Below are positions 34,801 to 46,776 of a stretch of 64,000 bases of DNA, piece by piece (the first letter of the stretch is position 1; each line of letters begins with the position of its first letter). A program made the position numbers and the translations under genes. Location of the stretch: NCBI GenBank assembly GCA_965603825.1, contig CBFDEM010000044.1, forward strand, positions 558,001 to 622,000, given 5' to 3'. Source of the DNA: Blepharisma stoltei ATCC 30299 (taxonomy: Eukaryota; Protista; Ciliophora). The notes under the pieces are model-generated. The model did not search any database. It had not been told where the DNA came from and worked only from the letters and a program-made list of their open reading frames with translations.

Positions 34801-37800
34801 TTCATCAACTCCATATTTCTGAAATGGAGTCTGCAACAGTGCATGTCCAGACGGTCAAATTGATGTCAGCAATAACAAAATTTGTTCAAATTGTGACAGT
34901 AATTGCAAAACGTGCCAATATCAAGCTACTCAATGCACTTCATGTGTGCAGAATTCCAAATATCCTTATTTATATAACTCTAAGTGTATTGAGAGCTGTC
35001 CATCAAATACCCTAATAACAAGCGATTACAAGTGTGTGCTATGTGATCAGACTTGCTATACCTGCAGTACTACCTCAACCTATTGCACATCTTGTATTGA
35101 CCCACGATATTTGTACCAAAATCAATGCATTTCTTCCTGCCCTGTAGATATTACAGTTACGATTGGCAATGAGTGTGTAAGCTGCAACACAAATTGTGCA
35201 ACTTGTTCAGGCACTGCTAATACTTGTACAAGCTGCGCTACTAATAAAATTTTATTCCAAGGGGCTTGCTATAGTTCTTGCCCTGCAGACATATCTGTAC
35301 CTTCTGAGTCATCATGCTCTGCTTGTTCTACTAACTGTAAAACTTGCAGTGGGACTGTGGGCCACTGCACGTCTTGTGATAGCAGTAAATATTTGTATCA
35401 GAACTCTTGTGTGGCTATATGTCCTGATCATTATTTTATATCCGGAACGTCATGTCTACAATGCTCAGATGAGTGCTTAAAATGCACTGGGAGCTCGAAT
35501 TACTGTACAAGCTGCCAAGAAGGATTATTTAGTTATGTAGGAAGATGTGTAAGTACTTGCCCATCTGGAGTTTCTATTCAAGTTGGCAATGAGTGTATAA
35601 AATGCTTGGATTCCTGCTTAACCTGCTCTGTGTCTTATGACAAATGTACATCATGCCCTACAAACTCATTTTTATATAAAAGTGAATGCTTATCAACTTG
35701 CCCTATCAATACCTTTGAAAACAGTGGGATTTGTACAGATTGTGACGTTTCTTGCAACCAATGCGAATCCTCACCAACTAATTGCATGTCATGCGCGTCT
35801 TCATATTATAAATACGAGTCTGGGTGTATTTCTACTTGTCCTGATAAATATGTAGGAATTTCCGGAGTTTGCTATGAATGTGACAGCTCTTGTGCCACCT
35901 GCTCAAACACAAGAATAAACTGCACCTCTTGTACTGGAGACTATAGCCTTTTTAATTACGTTTGTATGCTAACCTGCCCAGCAGGCTATATTTCAGTAAG
36001 CAATGTATGTACAAAAGAAAATTCCTCTAATTGTGCTGATTTGTGCACAGAAGAGCTGCTTGACAATGATGTTTGTGATAAAGTTTGCAATGTCACAGCT
36101 TGTGATTATGATAATCAAAAATGCTTAGGACCAAATTCGACTGATATTGATGACTATAATAATAAACCTACAAATTATTCAACAAGCTTGTATGTAAGTG
36201 GCGACCCTTTTTCGATCTCTACAGTAGGTGGGATTCTGACAGCCTCTACAGGGGCTTCCAGCATATTTGCAGCTTCTGCATTTTTACCTTCTACTCTTGG
36301 AGTACTTGGGCTTCTTGAATCTACTTCTTGGCTTTCTCTGATAGGAGTGGTTAACAATGAAGAGTCTACAAAAGGAAGAGCTTTACTTATTATTGATGAC
36401 AGAGATGTAGGCGTAGTTTTTGGCTTTTTAATCTCAATTATCATAATCCACTACGCTATGAATATTTTCTTCTTCATCACCTATATGCAGTCTATACGAA
36501 AAAGAGACATAATGCATATTAATTGAACCAAAAAGCACCCCTGGGCAACAATTCTTGCATGCTTTTTCTCAATTATTTTATCATTTAAATTCATGAGGAT
36601 CTTGATATCAAATTTTTGCAGCATTTCTGGCTGTAACGCAAAATTCGAAAGGATTAGCAGGTTTATTAACCCAATGATATTTTTGACATATCTGCATATT
36701 GTAATAGTAACTTTGCCGATTATTGGGATAGAAATATATTTATTGACCCTATTTTCGACTGGATGCTTGACGTTTATTGTGGCTATGGACAGCTTGATAA
36801 TTACAATATTTGTGCTGATTTTGTCGATTTTTGATATTTTTTATATGAAAAAAAGAGCTAATAATGAATCTGATGATAAGCTGAAATCGAGAGCAGTAAA
36901 TTTGCCGACCACAATAGGGGATAATACAATCGACAAAAATTTAGATCTTGACGCAACTGATCGTACAGCCACGATTCAAGATTATTTTGACAATTTAAAA
37001 GACACGTCTCCAACTAAGCGAGAATTACTAACGTCCGGATCAAATGATCTAGTATTTGATATTAATGCGCTGCCAGCTATAAACAGGACGTCTATCTCTA
37101 TGTCTGTAGATATAGAAATGCTAGAAGAACATAATTCAAATATTGAAAAAAATATAGAAATTCGCAGTGAAAATGATGATAAATCTTTGGAAATCCCTAT
37201 TAAAATCATTGCTAAAAATCCTCTAGAAAGCAAAATACCTAATAGAATAAACCTCAAAGACTTATCATTACAATCAGAAAACGACATAAGTTTCCAAATG
37301 ATTGACCCACTTGAAATCTATGAAAATGACTTAGACCTAGACTACGCAATCGTTAATGAGTTCGACGAAGAAGCAATTGATGTCAAGCACAAGCCTACAA
37401 ATGAAATGATTATCATAAAAAAATCCTTTATAGGAGGACAAATAGTTGATGAAAATAGAAACCCTATCGACCCTCAGCCAGTAATTGATTTCAATGACTA
37501 TGAGCTACAAAAGGTAGATCTTCTTGATTTAAGATTCGCCACTTTTGTTAATAAATATAATGGCAGCTTTATTAAAGTCAAAAGAAATTTTGATGGCGCT
37601 GCCTTGATGGATCCTTTTGAAAATAAGCATAAAATTGAAAGTGTGGAAAAAATTATTTTGTCGAAGACGAGTACTTGGAATTCGAAAAGGCAGCTTGGGA
37701 TTTTAGATGAAGAAAATAATGGGGTGTTAAGCTGTGAAAGCAGTGAAAAAGTGATATTAAGTAAAGAAACTTCAAAGAATAGTACCAATGAACAGAATAT

Positions 37801-38104
37801 AATCAAGAAAAGTGAAAATGTAGGTAAAAATATTGCTGGATTTGAGAATGCTGAAGAACACAAATTAATAGAAAATAAAGGTGCAATTGTGCATGAAAAT
37901 GCTGAACTTGTTAAAAAGGAGCCATCAAAAAACCGGCTTACTAAAATAGCGAAAAGAGCGCCTGATCCAAAGAAGTTTCAATTCGGCTATGTGCCTAGCA
38001 CAGAATCACTATCTGCATACCCTGAAGATAGCAGCAGTATTAACATGGTTATATTTGACAGCTCATGGGCTCCTCAGTCTACAACAAGTAAAAAAAATCC
38101 CTAA
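31895..38104 (+). CDS. Large surface receptor-like protein: signal peptide, S/T-rich Ig-like repeats, furin-like Cys repeats, LNR domain, multipass TM, long cytoplasmic tail; ~2069 aa, 3 TGA=Trp
   Basis: Four ORF pieces in one frame joined at TGA 32459, 34820 and 36524. Repeated NPxSxKPTxxFxIxT units, CxxCxxxCxTC..C..CP repeats, and CADLCTEELLDNDVCDKVCNVTACDYDNQKC (LNR). Confidence 0.88.
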
Positions 38105-38805
38105 AATAATGTTTATTTTAGCTGTAATAATGCAATATTTATATAATTTCCAATAAAATTATTTATTTAAATGCAATTCATTGGCAGCTACCATATTTTA
38201 ATCATAATAATCTAGGCGACTTTCATTGTATATAACTTTTATATTTGATGGTTAAATTAAATTAAGCAGAACTTTAAGAATTGAATTAAATATTGTATTT
38301 AATTGCCTCTTAAAGGACTCATAAATATATTAAGCCGCTTATTAAATACAGTGTTAATCATATATAATTGATTCAAATTTATTACTGATATTCTTTATTT
38401 TAATACGAAGGAAAGGAAGAAAAGCACAGAGACTTAAATCAAAAAATCACAACAAGCATAAGATAGAAAATTATAGATTGCAATAATAGAGTTTATTATG
38501 GGTAGAAGTCTTTGCTCAAAAATATTCTTTTGATTCGAAACAGATGACAAATTTGAAATCCCATAAATCCATTATACTTATTTATTAATCCTTAATAAAT
38601 TTCAAATCGCTGTGTGTTGAATAAATTTTAGAAAAAGCCAGCATATTTTTTGATAAATGGAATACTTCAATTGTCTCTTGTAAATTATAAAATTTTTAAT
38701 ATATTATCTAACGTGGTTGTTTCAAGAAAAAGTAGCAAGTTTGATAACTTGAAAGAAAACAATAGTTTCTGGGAAAAAAATAATTGCATTGCGAAGCCTC
38801 AAGTT

Positions 38806-39996
38806 ATGTCTTCTTCAGAAGCAATATTTCACGGATGACTGGAAGTCTATCACAATAACTTTTCCAGAAAAAAAAGATTTTTCATTCTGACCAAGAACTT
38901 TATCATCTATTACAAAAGCCGTACTGATAAAAGAATAAAGAAATGAGTTGCAATTACTTGGCTGAGACTTCAGCCGTTTTATATCCCTACAAAATCAGGA
39001 GACCAGTATGGCTTTAGACTTGAAGGAAATAAGAAATTTCAAGACTTTTTTGCAGAAAACCAGGAAACTTTAGACATTTGGCTTGATAAGCTTTCTAATT
39101 TGACAATTTTAGAAGATTTAGAGGACGATTTTGCAATTCAAAAAGAATTAGGAAGAGGGAAATTTGGGAAAATTTATTTAGCAAGCGAGTTTTATACAAG
39201 AAAAATCTATGCGGTAAAGTGCCTTCCGAAAGAAAACTCAGAATCTGAGGAGTCATTAAGCCAGCAATTTAAAAATGAAGTGGAGATAATGCGAAGGCTG
39301 AATCATCCAAGAATTTTAGGACTTCATTATTTATATGAATCTGATCATGACATTAAATTAGTTTGTGATTATGTAAAAGGTGGAGACTTGACTCATAGAA
39401 TTAGGAGCTTAAAGAAATACCCGGAAAACTTGACCATAATGTTTATGGTAAATTTGCTCGAAGCTGTAGACTACCTTCATTCCTGTGGCATAGTTCACCG
39501 AGACTTAAAGCCAGATAATATTCTCTTAGAAGATCACGAAGGCTTTAAAATTTGCGATTTTGGCCTTTCGGCCCAATTTGAAATTGACAATGAGCTTTGC
39601 TCCAAATGTGGAACCCCAGGCTACATTGCCCCAGAAGTTTTAAGGGACGAAAAGTATGGCACAAAAGCTGACATTTTTAGCGCCGGGATTATTTGTTATC
39701 AGCTGCTCAGCGGGAAATTGCCATTCGAAGGATTTGATGCATTAAGTGTTTTATCCAGAAATCGGGACTGCAATATAGCTTTTCGTGAGGAAGATTGATG
39801 CAATATTTCGGATTCGGCAAAAGATTTTGTAATTCGTTTAACGAATCCTGATCCTCAAAGAAGGCTATCTGCCAGAGAAGCTTTAGAAGATCAATGATTA
39901 AGTGCTGTCTGGGGAAGAAAAACAGAAAAAATTGATAAAGGGCTGTATGAGAGTACATTAACTTATTTTAAAGGTATAAATCACCCAATACGATAA
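38806..39996 (+). CDS. PH-domain CAMK-group Ser/Thr kinase, 4 TGA=Trp; start uncertain (frame open from 38632)
   Basis: GRGKFG, AVK, HRDLKPDN, DFG, GTPGYIAPE. D[TGA]CNISDSAKDF...ALEDQ[TGA]L matches the CAMK tail W..IS..AKD...HPW. Upstream PH-like KRFFIL...LDIWLDKL. Confidence 0.88.
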
Positions 39997-40236
39997 TGAA
40001 ATGGACCAAGATTCAAAATAAAAAGTGAGGTGTTTTAGTATACTAAAATAAATTTGCCTTATTTGAGAGTTCGGGATGTGTATTAGGAATACATTAGCAT
40101 TTCGGACTGAATTTGTCAAGCATTCTGAACTATCAAATTTGGTAAATAGTATTAATTTTGCTGAGTGTCCAGTGTCTTTAGCGTAGAGGCTCAACTACTT
40201 AAATTCCATAAGTTTATTAATGAAAATTAGTTTATA

Positions 40237-43068
40237 CTAAGTACTAACTATAGTTTCAATGCCTTCTATAATCTCTTTATCAACATCAGCGCCTTCTTGA
40301 ATTTCTTTTACATAATCTAAGTTAATAGACTCTTTTGAGGTATCATGCTTCTCTTTTTTCAGTGGTAAACTCATTTTGGGCTGTAAAATCGAGCTTTTTG
40401 GCTTTCCTTGTCTTTCAGGATTATTTATTTCACTAAATGACCCTGAATATTGGCTGATTAAAAATTTTTGTTTTTCCAGCCTAGCAATTCTTGAATTTCT
40501 TGTAGATGATAGTGAATACCCTGACGATTCATAATTTGTGGAATCTCTTGATCTCCTGGAGCTTCTTGTAGAGAGAACTATTTGGTTTGAATTTTGGTCA
40601 ATAATCTTTCTTTTACTATCAGGGTACAATGGCGCCTTTTCTATTATTTCTCTCGTTTCTGGATTCAGTGGCTTTGAAGTCGCAATTCCATTAGCTTCTC
40701 TATAATATTTTTCTTCTAAAATGTCTTCAGGAATATACAATTTCAACGATGTAATTTTTTTCGTTTTTTTCTTTTTAATTTCTTTAATTGACCGCTTTTC
40801 GGCTTTTTCTTCAATCACCATCTTTTTGTGAGAATTTTCATGCAAACTACCAAAGCTTTTAGCGCTCGAAATTCTCATCATTTTTACATGAGAATTATAA
40901 GAGCCAGCAATGTCTTCCATTTTCCTTAAATCTTCTTTACTCAAATGTGGAGTATAAAGTACTTCGTCTGCTAACTGGCCAGAATACAATGAGTGATCAC
41001 TAATTTTTTCGTCTCCATACAGCTCCATCCATTCTTTGGGCAATGGATCTGCCGTTATAAAGCTGTCTACAGGAATATAAATATTTTGATGTTTTGCCAA
41101 TTTTACCTTGATTTTTTTACTTGAAATTATTTTGTCACAGCTGAAACCTACAATTAATGCTAGGTTAAATGTGGGGTGATTTGAGTGGTTAAATAAGATT
41201 ATTTGATTTTGCTGATACATTGCAGTGTCTATAGGCAAATTAATAGGCATTTCTCCAAAAATATTACCTTTGCTATGTGCGAAAATAAATTCGCCAATAT
41301 GGATTACAACTTCTAAGCTATTTGAGGCTAAAAATTCTTTTAGGTTTTTATCTTCAGGCAAAAATAAATAATGAACCCTTGTGAATTCTAAATTGATGCA
41401 TTTTTGTCCATAATATTCTTCAATTTTTCAATTAAGTGGATAACTTGTGATATTCCCTGCAAAATTCAAGCTTAGTCTGATATCATTCGAACTTTTAACT
41501 GTTTTTATATCAAAAAGCCTAATAGGATGTAGCAGGACTCTTCACTGGACTAGTTTTTTTGGCAAAAATTGCAACTGAATTTTTAATGCTGGATCTTCTT
41601 CATACCCTAAAATAGTTTTAGGGATATGAAGAGCTTCAGCCATTTTTTCCTCAATTTTTATCAATTCAAATTCACTTGTTACCAGCAAATAGCAAAATTG
41701 GCATATTCTGACACTTTGTGATAATAAATCCGCTGTTGTTAACTTTAAATGTGAAGTATCTCAAGGCAAATCCATCCTTTGGGTTACGTGGACTTTATAA
41801 AGCATAAGCATTCTCACAGAAACCAGATGTGAGAGCTCGTTATTTGGATAATGTAGCCTGCATAATTTGCAATGGACAAAACTTATTAACCCTTTTTTCT
41901 TTTCTTCTAATTCTTCACTATTAACGGGTTTATTTTTTTGTGAATTCGGCCACCATTCTTCAACTGGCTGCAGGCTGTTCGCTAAAGTACTCTCGTCTAT
42001 TTTTATGCTTTTACAGCCACAAAGCCACACAACTCCATTAGAATCCCTTAAATAATCTAGGATTATTTCTTGTATTCTTAAGTTATAGCCTTTATTTAAA
42101 TAAGTAACAAGATTTTTTGCTTCTTTTTCGAACGGTTTTAAAGCTGGCCCAGAAATTTTATAGATTTCTAAGGTCTCAGGCTTGTCCATATTGACTGCAC
42201 ATTTTTGTATATTTGACTCTGTAATTTCTTCTTCAATATCAAGCCGTTTTGCGAAGTAAGCAAAATTTGCTTTATTTCCTTTAATGTGTGAAAAATAATG
42301 CAGTCTTGTAACAGAAGGTTTTCCACCAGGAACTTTTATATATCTCTGCATTAGACTTCCAGGATTTGTTTCATTTCCTATCATTTTAACTTTAAATTGA
42401 TTTCAATCAAATAAAAATTTTTGCATGTTTTGGATTTGTTCGTCTCTTCCTCTCATAATTGCAGCGATGTGGTCAAAAATGTCTAAATCCTCAGAATCTT
42501 TTCTGTATTTTTCCACAATCTGCATAAATTTGTAATTAATTATATCTGTTGTACATTGGACTTTTCCATTTGGATTTGTAAAAAGAAAATATAGCCTATC
42601 AGTGTAATATAAACTTTCTGGGATATTTTGGTTGAGCTCAGTTATGTCTGCTTTTGGAGCTTTAATTAGACAGTCAAAAAAAGAAAACCCCGGTTTTATA
42701 GGGATTTTGTTATATTGTCCTTTGACTGAAGTAATAGAAACTTTTTCTTTTAGTTTTTCATAGCGATGTTTTAATATTGGCTCACTTTCTAATAATTCTT
42801 GAGATTTTTCTTTGAGGAATTTTGCTTTAAGCGTTCTTGAGAGTTTTGATGATAATTTTTGATGGATTTTGTCAAGCTTAGATTGAGATAAAGAGTTGCT
42901 TAATGAACTATGACTTAATTCAAAACCTGTTGACTCAACAAGAGTTTGGGCTTGACGAAGCTTGATAAAATCTTCTAAATTTGAATCTAAAGGCTGAGGA
43001 TGTTTTGGGTAGTTTTTGACGTTTGTTGAAGTTAGGAAGAAATCATCATCTTTGAGAAATGGTTTCAT
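40237..43068 (-). CDS. Hypothetical protein, 943 aa, 4 TGA=Trp, with CKLC...CQFC putative zinc finger
   Basis: Three ORF fragments in one frame linked only by TGA codons. Confidence 0.8.
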
Positions 43069-44271
43069 TTTAATTTGAGAAATAAAGTGGAATTTTAAAT
43101 TTTTGCGAATAATAGTTAATAAATTATGAAATTTATAAGAAAATAGAATGAAAATTAATTATATAATTTATATTTAATACTCTTAATTTAATTAATAATA
43201 AATATATCAATTTCTTATAGCATATATCTTTAGTCTCTTAATTTGTAAATGCTATTGGTAGTCAACTGATTTTTATATAAAACTTATTCAATTCAAAATT
43301 TTAATTATTAAAATGGAAATAAAAATAACTCTTAAGGCTTCTTATTTTAAATTATATTGAGAAGATAATAATAATAATAATAAAGTAAGAATTATAATTC
43401 TAGTTTTATAAAGATTTCAGCTCAGTCAAAATTAATCAAATAAATAATCGAATTATATTTACTTCACAAAGTTTTTCATATTTTAATAATTTTTCTGATT
43501 GTATTTTATATTCAAGAATTACTAAAATTCAATATTAATTCTTTGTTAAAATAATATAAAAATTCATTATATTTTAAAATGATTTAAATTTACTATAACT
43601 ATTATCTAGTAAAATTAAAGAATCTTATTATTAGAAAAGCTTTGAAAATTTTATTTAATAATAAATAAAAGCTAATAAGTTAATAGTGGCTTAATCTTAA
43701 GCTGATGCTTTAGCAATAGTTATCTTTTCGCTTTCATTTAGACGCTTTCTCTTTCTGTTGCCATCATTTGAATCCTTTTATTATTAAAAGAAATTTTAAA
43801 TTTTCTGATACTATATGATAACTCCTTACAAGACATATTAACAAAATTATGGATAACTTTTTTTAAAATACTGAAGAGAGAACTTCAAAAATTAAAATTA
43901 GAAAATTTCCCCATATAGCAAAGAAAGGAGAGAAAGCAGTTTCAACAATTTTTCCTGCGAATAAGAGAAATGTAGCAAAATATTTATTATAAGTTTCGTA
44001 GCATTCTTACTAATCATTAATTTATTGAATTGATTATTTAGTATTTTCTTTAATTTCTATATAATATTTATTAGTCGCCTTCATTGTGCTTTGTTTATAA
44101 TAGTTCATTTCAAAAATGGTAAATTCTCGTTTAATAATACTTCAACAATTAAAGCAAAATTTGAGATTTCGAAGAATTAATCACTAACTTTAGATATTAA
44201 GTTAACTTAGATAAAACATATAACCACTAATTTTATTATGTGCAGTAAAAATTAAATTACCCGTAAGAAAA

Positions 44272-44559
44272 ATGGGATCTTGCGTTTCCTCTAAAGGTTT
44301 TACAAATAATCATAAAAAACAACACAAATCTGCGGAAAAGGAGAAAAAACAAATTGCTAAAGAAAAGAGAATAATTATTACCAATAAAATTCGAAATGCG
44401 CCTATTCTAAAACTAGAAGGAAATGAGCTCTATACCAAAAGAAAAAAGCCATTTTTGGCCAGTCAAGCCAATTGTGAAATTGGCTACGAGATGTGCATAG
44501 AAGTTACAAAAATAAACACAAATAGCTTTACTGACAGACCGTCACCTTTATTTGATTAA
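44272..44559 (+). CDS. Small basic protein with N-terminal MGSCVS (myristoylation/palmitoylation-type) motif
   Basis: 95 aa ORF with MGxCxS start in otherwise very AT-rich DNA. Confidence 0.65.
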   Translation: MGSCVSSKGFTNNHKKQHKSAEKEKKQIAKEKRIIITNKIRNAPILKLEGNELYTKRKKPFLASQANCEIGYEMCIEVTKINTNSFTDRPSPLFD

Positions 44560-44847
44560 TAATTTAAATTTTTAAACTATTTATATAATTTGAACTATCC
44601 CAGTTTCTACTTAGCGTTGAGAATTACAGAATTTATGATTTTTTCTCATTCAATTTCATTCATCATGGTTTTTCATTTTCTCAAACTTGGAAGTTGAATT
44701 TTATAGGCTGATAATTACTGAATAATATTGATAGTCTAAAAATTATTTAAATCAAGCTAACTATGTCTAACATAATCTAAATTTCATATAGCACAGTTTT
44801 GAATTTTTAAGCTTACTAATGCTTTTTCAATAATTTTAAATATTATA

Positions 44848-45495
44848 ATGGCAGATGAATTAGACTTGCCAGACACTTTTCCTGATTTTTCATCAGTAGA
44901 ATATTGAGATTCTCGTTATGAATCTGAAATAAACGTTTCTTATGACTGACTGGTATCTTTCACACAACTCCGTTCAATTTTCCTATCAAAACTTCATGAT
45001 AATTTTGATGCTGAAATTTTAATAGTTGGGAGTGGAAATTCTCATATGGGCGAAGAGCTTATAAAGGAAGGCTACAAAAATATAACAAATATTGATTTTT
45101 CACCTGTACTTGTTCACCAAATGAATGAAAGAACACAAGATCTTGGCGAAGAAATGGAATATATCACTATGGATGCTTGCAATATTACATTTCCAGTAGG
45201 CATTTTTGACTTAATTATTGATAAATGCACATTGGATTGCATATTGTGTGGAGATAATAATTTTCAAAGAGCTTCTAGTTATTTGCAAGGCGTTTATAGA
45301 TGCTTAAAACCTGGTGGGTCTTTTATTGTAGTGTCATATGGAGTTCCTGATTCAAGACTTGGATATTTAAAAAATAAATTTTTGCCTTGGGGAATTGAGC
45401 AAGCAAAAATTACAAAAAGCTCGAGTGATTCCTTTGCAAGTTTTGAACAAGCAAGATATCATTACCTTTATATTTGCACTAAATCTTTAACATAA
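44848..45495 (+). CDS. Class I SAM methyltransferase, EEF1AKMT4/METTL13-N-like, 2 TGA=Trp
   Basis: EY[TGA]DSRY and YD[TGA]L equal conserved YWDxRY and F/YDW. ILIVGSGNS, NIDFS, FDLIIDKCTLD, LKPGG. Confidence 0.88.
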
Positions 45496-45639
45496 ATTTC
45501 ATAAAATAATATTCTTATAAGAGAAAGAAAGCTTTATTGTTAACTAAAATAGTTATATTATAATAAACTCATTCAAGGCAAAGAGCAATTTTGATTATTT
45601 AGGCTAATATAAATTAATGGCAGTTAAAATTGAACGCCA

Positions 45640-46731
45640 TTACATTTTAGTTGCCAAGCTATCTGACTTTAGCACTCTTTTGATTCCAAGTTCATATTTT
45701 GAAGCTTGTTCACTATTAGAGCAATGCAGAGTCATCTTTTCCTTTCTATTTTCTTCATTTATTTCTAAAACCACATCCAAGCCACTCTTTACTGTATTAT
45801 TTATTTGTCTCGCATCAATCCACCCACTAAGCTTTAAAGAGCTTACATCTTTTCATTCAAAATAATACTCCTCATTTTTATATGAATATTTTAGCTCATT
45901 TGGCACCAAATTTACTATAAATGGCTTCTTTACGAAATCTCCTTTAGAAATACATATTGTTCTGGGCTTCAATAAATATAGTAAAATTCTATCCACTTGA
46001 ACAGCACTTTTGCTTCTTTTTCGTGACTGCAGAAAAGACGCATCAATATTTTCTGCCTCAGTTTTGGTTCGTGCATCAGCAATTCACATGAGTTTGCGTT
46101 CTTGCAATTGGCTGAGTTTCTCCATTTGGACTAATTTTTGTGATTTTTTTTTAGAAATAACTGGATCACTGGCTGCTGAAATTGGAGACTCTGATCGAGT
46201 TTGGCTGTCAACAGCACTTATTAAGCTTCTTTGAGAAGATGCTCCTAGTGTTAATTCTGATAAAGATTTCATATTATAGCTCATTGGGTCTTTTCTGCAT
46301 ATATACTGAGAAAATGATCCTTTTGGGCAAACTACAATGTTTTTTGTCTTAGGGATATCAATTGATATTTTCCTGGCACTTCTCAATTGGAGTTTGTTTT
46401 TTGAAGTTGCTGAAATTGAAAGTGATTTTGTATGCAAATGAGAAGTTTCGTGGTATTGATAATAAAGCTTTAATAAGATCTGCAATAAAAATTGGTTCTC
46501 ATTTTCTGATGAAGTTTCAGATTTTAGTATTCCTTTCTTTTCCAAAATCTCAATATTTTCTTCTCACGTTTTTCCAGTTTCATCCAGAAATCTATTTAAT
46601 ATAACAGATAAGCCTTCTTCTTTGAAATTCCGAAGAATTGTATTTAAACTGACTTGGTCCTTGGTATTTTTCTTCATGACCTTATTGTACCACTCTATTG
46701 CTGCATTTATGTGACTTTTGTTAATCGGCAT
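45640..46731 (-). CDS. Hypothetical protein, 363 aa, 3 TGA=Trp
   Basis: Open from ATG 46731 to TAA 45640 with TGA read-through; includes ORF 46084-46545. Confidence 0.7.
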
Positions 46732-46776
46732 TATTATAAATAAAATTATTGGTTAAGTTAAAAATCACCAAATATA

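Noticed and set aside
34740-36010. Periodic Cys-codon repeats as a CRISPR or satellite array
   Set aside because: Repeats exist at protein level (furin-like) and are not identical at DNA level.
43069-44271. 1.2-kb extremely AT-rich gap as IES, transposon or ncRNA
   Set aside because: No terminal repeats, ORF or structure seen; only a short (AAT)n run near 43367-43383. Consistent with a divergent promoter region.
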